Of a DNA stretch of 64,000 bases, positions 54,865-64,000 are shown in pieces. The notes beneath the pieces were generated by a model. The model had not been told where the DNA came from and did not search any database. It saw only the letters and a program-made list of their open reading frames with translations. Positions within the stretch are counted from its first letter, which is position 1, and each line of letters starts with the position of its first letter. The DNA is from Eledone cirrhosa (lineage: Eukaryota). The position numbers and the translations under genes are program-made. The DNA lies in NCBI GenBank assembly GCA_964016885.1, contig OZ024742.1:209560001-209624000 (forward strand), in the 5' to 3' direction.

Positions 54865-55065
54865 TAATAACAATTGCTTGGTATGATGCCAAGAAATTTA
54901 AGGAAATCGAAAATTCGAGTGAATTAGTCCTAGTACGCGATCTGCACTTTATTTTATCTACCCCGAAAGAGTGGAAAACCCCGGGGAATTTGAAATCGGA
55001 AGGTAAATAGCCGGAATAAAATACATTAAAGCATTTGTTCGATGCCCTAACAATTCTGCCATTTC
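54865..55065 (-). mobile_element. Old, diverged SINE related to family A
   Basis: actttattttatc.accccgaaag...ggaatttgaa...caattctgcc. Confidence 0.6.
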
Positions 55066-55687
55066 AACGGTATATTTTATTATTTTATTTTAATTACTAT
55101 ATATTTTATTAACTCATTTGTTTCATTTATATCTTTTGATATTGACAATTAATTCTGATGTCTGAGTTAAGTTATCAGTATAGAAATTAAGGAATTTTTT
55201 TTTAAAGAAACGATTTGTTTATTTATTTATTTATTATTTTATTTGTTATTTTATACCTTATTAAATTGCGTGCAAATTATATGATCAATTATGGTGCGTT
55301 AACATCGTAACAGTTCGCAGGCTTTGAACGAGGTCAAAAATGAAATATAAGTGCTTTTAGGCCTTTACATTAAGGAAGGTTATAATCGATATATTGCAGT
55401 GCATTGAAGGCGTCGACGGAATATTGATAAAGTCTTGATAGACAAACGAAATTTATGTATCCTGCTGAAACAAAAATCATTAATAAAATAAAACTTGTGT
55501 TTTGGTATCCGTTGAGTAAGTGCGTGACTAATAACAGATCTGAATTAATATAAACAGAAATAAAGTCATGATTTCGTGCTACAATCCCTTATGTGTGTGC
55601 ATGTGCATGTGAATGCGTGCGTGTGAGTGTATATGTGTGTGCTCCAGTAATCATAAATTTTATACACACAGACACATAAATATATAT

Positions 55688-55721
<34 letters not shown>

Positions 55722-55801
55722 ACACATATATATATATATATACATATATATATATTTATGTGTCTGTGTGTGTATACAATTTATGATTACTTTACTGGAG
55801 C

Positions 55802-55840
<39 letters not shown>

Positions 55841-55872
55841 CATATATATATTTATATATATATATATGTGTG

Positions 55873-55917
<45 letters not shown>

Positions 55918-57081
55918 CACATATAACGTATGCTTATGCCATTTATGCACGCATTTCAAATTTGCATCGTTAATGTTTTCTCTATTTCATGTTTTATTCT
56001 TTATAGCTACAGACGTGTATGGATGAGTGGGTGTGCAACACTCATATATTTGTATAGGTGTGATTACATGAGAGTATGTGGTGATAGAGGGGTAAGTATG
56101 TACGTACCTCGGTGTACATATGAATGTGTTTTTGTATTTGCTAGTATGATGAGATTATGAGCGCAAAGACCAGTGGAGTATTAATCAACCTCACTTCCCT
56201 CTTCAAACAACTTGCCTCCATTTCCATAGCAACCATAATTGCCTCATACCTACACAAGTGCATAGACATCCCCACTACCACTACAAACACATAGGTACCA
56301 TTTCCAGTCATCACTACGTCAGCCACAACCAGCATATCTTTAACTTCACAACGACAACCCCAACCAACAACAAAACTTTGCCATGCTATCTATCATAAAC
56401 ACCACATCCACTCTATCACAAGAAACAGTACCGCCATCGCCATCATATCCACTACTATCATCACAACTACCATCATTATAACTACCACCATCACAACAAT
56501 CGACGTCGCAAAATAATATTACCACAGTCTCCACCACAATAGCCTCCACCTCTAACACAGAACTATCATGGCTATCGCCACTAGCAACAGAACTACCACC
56601 ATTACAACCAATGGTGTCACCCCCACCATAATAACCACATCCATCACAATAATCAATATTACAATCAAAGTCACCACCATCACCATAGCCATTAGTTGAA
56701 CAACCAACACCTCAACCACCAAATACAATCAAATCTTATTTTACTCAGTATATCATGCCAAGCGACAGGCTGTCGTTCATATATGCACACGTGCTGATTA
56801 AAATGGAGGTGGGGATTTGGTAAAGTAGAATAAGAGAAACAATGAAATGGATGTAAAGCTAATGGTATTTGTGGCAGCGGTGGATGTAGTCGTGTTTGTA
56901 TTGCTGTTGTTGCTGTTTAGCCCCAAGTCGACCCTGGACGAGCAGACCTATGATCAAAAGCATTAAAGCCGTAAACAACTTTTTCCTATATTCAGGGAAT
57001 CCAGAACCACATTATCCAAGGTGAATTGGGAGAGATTTGACTACACTTTTTAGCATATTAAGTGACCTTGTTGCATTGGAA

Positions 57082-57280
57082 ATAATTGTTTCTACATTTG
57101 ACCAGCAATTTGAAGGGAAGGAGGAAGTCGACTAAATAGACCCCAGTGCATTTACTTTATTTTATCGACCCCATAAGGATGAAAGGCAAAGCTAATCTCA
57201 GCGGGATGTGAACTCAGAAAGTAAAGGACGTAACTATGCCACGAAGCATGGAGTCCGACGATTTAACGATTCTGCCAATC
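57082..57280 (-). mobile_element. Older SINE subfamily copy
   Basis: Shares the central domain and head with family A but has a different 3' part. Confidence 0.8.
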
Positions 57281-57283
57281 GAA

Positions 57284-57474
57284 ATAATTGCTTCTACTTT
57301 TTGGCACAAGGCCAGCAATTACCCAGTGCATTACTGGTACTTTATTTTATCGACCCCGTAAGGATGAAAGGCAAAGTTAACCTCGACGGGATTTGAACTC
57401 AGACCGTAAAGTGACGTAACTATGCTGGAAAGCATGGCGTCCGACCCTCTACCGATACTGCCAATCCACCGCCC
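57284..57474 (-). mobile_element. SINE family A inserted at the head of the older SINE, 18-bp TSD tctgccaatcgaaataat
   Basis: TSD at 57271-57288 and 57476-57493. Confidence 0.92.
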
Positions 57475-57981
57475 ATCTGCCAATCGAAATAATGATAGTG
57501 GTTTTCATATGGGTAAAAGCGTCAGTTGGGGTTATGAAATGGTCGTAATCGTGACCGTTGATTTAGGGTCAGACATCGAGGTAGTATAGTTGTGTGTAGT
57601 GTTTTGTAGTTAGTGCTGTAGTAGTAGTAATAGTTGTTGGTTTGGGTGTGGTGTTAGCAAAAGTGGTGGTATATGTTAGTGGTAGTTAAAATCATGGTAG
57701 TTGTAGTATTAATGGTACTGATAATACTGATAATGCCTGTTAGTCAAGGTGGTGATGGCGGTGGTGCTGGTGGTGATAGTGGTGGTGTCGCTGGTATAAG
57801 ATAGAATAAGCAGCCCAGTTAAACAACGTAAATACAGTTGGCGATCGTGGCGATAGACTCAATGACGACCAAGTGTTTATCCAATAAATGGACAATGGGA
57901 TACGTCATCGATCAGCATATATTAATCTCCTGATCTATCAATAGGTTAGGCCTGTAATAGTGTTCGTCTCTCTTCGACTTG

Positions 57982-58068
<87 letters not shown>

Positions 58069-59559
58069 TGTGTGTGTGTGTGTGTGTGAGAGTGTGTGCG
58101 TGTGAGAGAGTTCATGAGTCTGTGTTTCTATGTGTATATGGATATGTCTGTGTGCGTATCTGTGTACCTTATTAATTTATTTATATATTTGGGGGTTTTG
58201 GTTTGTGTATTGTGTATGTTGATGCATTTTCTAACTCAAACCCCTCTCTTACCCAGAGAACAGTGCATTTCTACATATACATCTACGGTTTTAGCTTTTT
58301 ATGGTTACAGCTCCTGATATCATCATTTCCAGCAACACCAGCAGTATCACTTCCACTACCGCCATCACCATTTTAATCATGGCAATTCCCAACCCTGCCA
58401 ACTTCCTTATCGTCATCGTCGCCGCCGTTGTATTTCCGTTATGCTAATGTGTTGTGCTGCTATTGTTAAATGAATCGAGATCGAAGAGGTCATTAAGATC
58501 GTTAGTTTGTTGTTGTTGTTTTTGTCGTCGTCAACGTTGTTGTTGATTTTCGTATTGATGTAGTTATTATCGTGTTGGCATTGAAGTTGTTTTTGTTGCT
58601 ATTAATGTTATTATTTTTCTTGTTATTAAAGCCATTTTTACTGTTGTTTTTGTTTTTATTGTTAAGTTCGAATATGTTGTTATTGCCTGCTACTTTGCTG
58701 ATTGTATTATTTCCATTGTTACTTGCAATTTTCTGTTATTCGAGTCTTCTATTTATATCTTTGCCTTTTTGTTATTAATGTTTTTGTTATTGTGACCATC
58801 GTTGCGGTAGACTGAATATTTATAAATAACTTATGTTACCTCCATATTCCTATAAGTAGGGAAATTATATGCAGTATATCCTGAGTTCGCTTCTCACCAA
58901 GCACTTCGAACTAATTCGTTTGGATGCTGTTGTTTTTGTTGTTTATTTCCGGGCAAGCCTAATACAGCAGACTTATACTCAAAAGTATTCCAGTCTTTAC
59001 CATCTCTTCTTATACTTTCCAAACATAGTATTCCATTCTATTTTGCTTTTGTTGATCATCTCTTGGATGAAGCCTCAAGACGTCATTGCCGTTACTGTTT
59101 TGTTTTATCTGTACTGGTTGTATGTAGACCCACTTGTCCACACTGGCCAGTTGCGGGTTGGTTAGTATATTCCTGCTATACGATGATTACCCCTGATCAT
59201 CGGTACCTAAGCAAAACGCAAATATTCTGAACAGAAAGTGCAACGCATCTTATCCAGCAGTCTCATAATTCGCGAATCAAAGCCGTTTAGATGGTAACCA
59301 GTAATAGTCAAACTAGAATATCGGTCCCCTTCTGACTTTGTGCAAATATAAGAAATTGATATTATGAATAGCACTTTGGGTTGGTTGATTTTATGTCTTA
59401 TACTTCTGAGCTATATAATTGTAAAATATTGTTGAGAAGATGGCCCTTGTAACTAATACTGAAGATTCCTTCTAGTTGTTGGCTAACCGATTGCTGGTTA
59501 CTGCAAGCAGTTGGTGCTCAGCATAATCCTAAAGCAAAACAACATCTGCACAAAGAATA

Positions 59560-60250
59560 TAAACATTTCACCCTCAATCAAAATAGCCAACACCATAGTT
59601 GAAGCCGTTAACGACTTCAGCCATTCACAACAGGCAGCCTGGAAAGGCAAACACCATTCTGATAAGTCTGATTATGGAGAAAACCAGTAGTGACTCACTC
59701 CAAGATCCGAGTCTACCAAGCTTGTGTTCTGATTGCCTTAATCTATAGTAGCGAAGCATGGAACACGTATGCGAGGTAAAAAGGCCAGCTGAATGTGTTC
59801 TATATGTCTTGCATCATGCGCATTCTAAAACTCTATTGGCGGGATTGAGACTTCATTGTGACACCATACAGCGTACCAATATCGCTAACATTTATTTCCT
59901 GTTGACCCAACGTCACCTTCAATGCATATGATATGTTCGGCACACGGAGCCCATTTTGTGTGGACAGCTGACAAATAATGCCAGGTGAGCTGGAAGAGCG
60001 AAACACCGATTCAAAGATGCTTACAAAAGTTGTATCACATATGGTGAAAAGACAAAAAGTCAGATTGCAGCAGGAGAGATTGAAAGAAAAAAGATAATTG
60101 CAGCCATTCCCTCTACCCAGACTTCATACTACCTTTGCACCAAATGCCGCATGAACTACTACTCGCGCATCAATCTTACAGCCATAGCCGACCCTGGAGA
60201 GTCCCTACAAACCTCGACTACCAGGGACTCAACTAACATTGTCACTTGAC
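59560..60250 (+). mobile_element. Decayed RTE LINE 3' portion
   Basis: Similar to 37850-38600 (LIYSSEAWNTYA, QLNVF, C-terminal C..C...SRI.L..H). Confidence 0.7.
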
Positions 60251-60279
60251 ATTGCATCGTCAATTATGATAATTGAGGT

Positions 60280-60485
60280 CAGTTCAATAGCTCAGGACTT
60301 CGTCACATATATTTGAATCTATATACTTCAGTCAGAAATCAATAGAATACTTAGATCACTCAGTTCAAATACCAACTTGGTTTCTTTTGCATTTCGTTTT
60401 ACCCGGGTCGATAAAAATAAACATCATCTCTCGATTATAATCCCACATCATAGAAATATGATGCCTTCGGCCAATATAAGAAATC
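60280..60485 (+). mobile_element. Old diverged SINE
   Basis: agttcaaatacc...ttttgcatttcgtttacccgggtcgataaaataa. Confidence 0.55.
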
Positions 60486-61466
60486 AACGTTGTAAAGAGC
60501 ACCGCTAGCATTTATTACTGGCTAGATAAGTCTGTAATCCGGTTTGGATTAGTCTACTAATGTGCTTTATATATACGACGCAACATTCTGTTTTTCTCGC
60601 TACAATTTCATTTGTTTCACATCCATTTATTCTGAGTTTAAAAAAGTTATGAATATCAACACTTCCGACCATTTTTTTTCTATTACTCTATAAGATTTAT
60701 TCGAAAACCAAGTTAAATTGATTTTAACCGAGGATCGGGAAAGACTCAGATATTGATAAAGAAATGTAATTCTTCTTTTGACTAGACACAAGACTTTATA
60801 TTTTAGTCGATGGAATATGAAATATTGTTGTTTTCATTATTTAGTGCTAGTGATATTAGAATCAAAACTGGGTCTTGGTGGCTGGCTGCTTATTTCTTGC
60901 ACAATACTATTTTTTTACTTTGTATTGAATATCAGTTATTTATATTACTGTTTCTGTTGGTTATTTTTGTTAAAAACGGTTTTTATTTCAGTGTTCTATT
61001 TTATTAGTTCTATTAGTACATCTATTTAACTTTCTACCTAAATAAAAACCTCTATATGTAACCATTCCATTGGTTAGTTATTCATTTTTAGCGCTTTGGC
61101 AAAGATACAGCTTTTCCACAACCGATTGTTTATATTTGTATGTAAATATCAGGAATATACAGAAATAATTTATTACAACTCTGCTCTCTCTTGTTTTACT
61201 ATTTTTTCTTTCATCGATTTTATTTTAATGGGGAAGATCAAAAGTTTTCGATTTTACATCGCTTCACAACGCTTCACTATCAATATTTGTAAGGTTTTGT
61301 TACCTACTTGTTTTCGTTGTATTTTATTATCAAATCATTTTTGTTAATAAAATAGTGTTACATAAAAATAGTTTAAATACAAACCGAAAATTCATTCAAT
61401 CATTATTACTAATGGTAGCTGCAGAGTTAGTGCAAAGTTAAGAATGCACACACACGCCCGTACACA

Positions 61467-61530
<64 letters not shown>

Positions 61531-63880
61531 AAGATAATTGTCGATAAAAGATTCGCGGCTACAATTGTTCACGGTCCTTTTAGTTCAAATAATGGTCTTC
61601 CGAACATACGTTTTCATACTTCAAAGATCAATAAGGTAACTACTAAAACGACTACAGAAGAGAGATGAATTAACACGGGATACCAATGGAGCTTGTTTGA
61701 TGTTGGAGTTGGTTCGTTCTTCGTTTCGTATTTGTTTTCTTGCAACGTGTTAAGTCAAATAAAACCGTCACACCTGGGAGAATTCTAATTAAACTGGTTA
61801 CCGCCTAGTATTGATTGACACAGTTTTAGTAGGATTAATTTTCACTAAAACAAAGATGATGGTTGCTTAGAAAATTGCTACTCCAATACAATTGCCCTAT
61901 CTATAATGCGTTCAATACCATCCCGTTCCAATTCTACTATTAGTGCGTGAGTATTATGTAGCCTCACTCTCCTAAATTTACAAAGTGCATAGCTCCTTGG
62001 AATTATTATAAAACTTTCCTCGGTAGTCTAATATAACGTATGTATGCTATATACATAACAACGTTTAATTCACTTTATATTGCATGATTCCCATAAATTA
62101 TAACGGAATTGTTATTGTTCTTCTGGTACTAAACATGTCACTCAGAGTCCCTGAATCTTCCCAACTATCCAGTTGTAATTTAATCATATAAAAACATTAT
62201 AGCCAAACGTGCATTTTAACTACGTGAAGTACTACAACTTCCCTCCTTATCAACTAACAATCTCTAATTGATTTAAACCATTTTCTTTTATGTTACAAGC
62301 ACATATGTATAAAGAGAATACTATACTAATGGATATTTTGAAATGTCCCAGAGAAACCCCATTCATAACCAACTGATTTGAAATGGTTATTGATTATTAA
62401 ATCAGAATGTCAAAATCATGACTATATACTCCATAAATAATTCTAAATGTGGAACCATTCTTAATGTTTATAATATTTAAATTTGATTCGAAAATATTAG
62501 TGGTACTACAAAATGTTAAGAGTTGGGAGTTAATTCCCAGTTGTTATTTGCATGTCATTGTTATCAAGATATTAACTTTTATTGACCTGCCTTTAAATGA
62601 TAATCTAACCATTCACTAACTTCATGTTTCCGTTTTGCTGCAAGGCAAATTTAAATGTTATAACAGAAAACAAAACCCCATGAGGAATAAATAATCCACC
62701 ATGCTGTATAATAATTAAATATGTCTGTCTGGGGTGTCATACTTAATATTTTTAACATTTAAGCATGCTTCAAAACATTTAGTCATGTTGTTTAAATATA
62801 GTTTCAGCTACAAATGGCAAGTTACAAATTATGACAATTCTTTTGTACAAAGGAAGACCAGCAAACAACCGAATTTTATAATTAATATGTGCTATTGTCA
62901 GGGGAGTAGCACACCCGAATCCAAAAGGCTAGACGTTGGTCACATGAACATAGCAAATATAATAAATTCATTAATGTTTAAAACGAAAAATAATTCGATT
63001 AAATTTATTTTAATTGTTTTCCTTCTTACCGCGAAACTAACAGCCAGATTTAATTCCGGTTAAGTGTAAAGGTGTCTAAAATTCGGAATGCAGACAATAA
63101 GCGCCACAAGGTTTTTAGATTTCCCGAGAATGATTGGTGTTACACATACTGCTCTAAAAGAAAGTCTTGAAAATAGACGGAACTATTCAAAAGATATTTT
63201 CAGACACTTAAAGAAATACATTTCGATTTTAAAGATTGTGAGCAAGCTAAATAAGAACATAGCTAGACGCACAAAAGATGCCGACTGGTGATTAAATAAC
63301 AGAATAAATAAAGATACACATTGGTATATACAATTTTGTGAATATTTATACATGTCTCAATGTGCACTTGAACGAAGGGTATTGACCTTAATTGGGACCA
63401 AAACCGTGGTGATTTCCAAAGGTTGACTGAGGAGGTGGGATTGTCCGCCTTTCCTTTTTTCCGTTGTCCTGTGCGCTCCCTACTTTGAATATATATTCCA
63501 AAGACTTAGCCATGCGGGCATTTATTGGAACTATCATATAATAGACAAAGCACCATCCAGCCTGTTTTCCAATATTCTCGCTTTTTACGTTGTCTACGCC
63601 TCAGTGTCCTTCTTTGTCTGCACGTTGGACAACAGTCCTTATTCTATTCTGCTTTACTATTTCTCTTCTTTCTATAGTTTCCCTTGCACACTATATTTGT
63701 GTGATTTGCCTAAAGGCATAACTCGTCTCTACCTGTTTTGTTATGTCTCAATGTGCACTGGAATGAAGGAATCGATCTACAAATACCGAAACTGTCGTCA
63801 TTTCTAAAGGTTGACTTAGGTGGGGAGATGGGACAGCCCCTTTTTCCGTTGTTTTTTCCCTTGTCTTTGTTCTATTTTGA

Positions 63881-63916
<36 letters not shown>

Positions 63917-64000
63917 TTAATGGTGGCTATGATGCTTCCATAGGCGGTATGCCAGTTGAGCACTCTATGTTCTTACAGAGCAGAGTGTGATATAATATAA

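Noticed and set aside
56150-56730. ACC/ATC-rich stretch resembling a mucin-like Thr-rich exon (mirror-like GGT-rich stretch at 57560-57800)
   Set aside because: Stops interrupt the frames and there is no clear splice structure. It is most simply degenerate trinucleotide low-complexity DNA.
60778-63963. Short ORFs as possible host exons
   Set aside because: AT-rich composition and no recognisable domains. A small exon cannot be excluded without RNA-seq.

Overview
AT-rich, microsatellite-saturated animal DNA with no recognisable host gene exon. The repeat content suggests a coleoid cephalopod such as Octopus (inference). Almost every interpretable stretch is transposon-derived: several Penelope-like retroelements (RT + GIY-YIG; one near full-length), RTE, R4/Dong-like and CRE-like LINE relics, a DD37D (maT) Tc1/mariner, a Chapaev-like DNA transposon, non-autonomous Helitrons and about 10 copies of a tRNA-derived SINE, including a 4-copy tandem array. 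There is a 200-N gap at 41013-41212. The most notable pattern is a recurring module of Penelope-type 3' ends carrying minimal type I hammerhead-ribozyme-like motifs, often with non-canonical cores (CCGAnGA, UUGAAAA) or very long stem II inserts. Many of these ends are folded back into inverted repeats (arms 24-820 bp, spacers 0-222 bp) and sit in (TA)n tracts. All alignments and folds were made by eye, so coordinates may be off by a few bases and ribozyme activity is untested.
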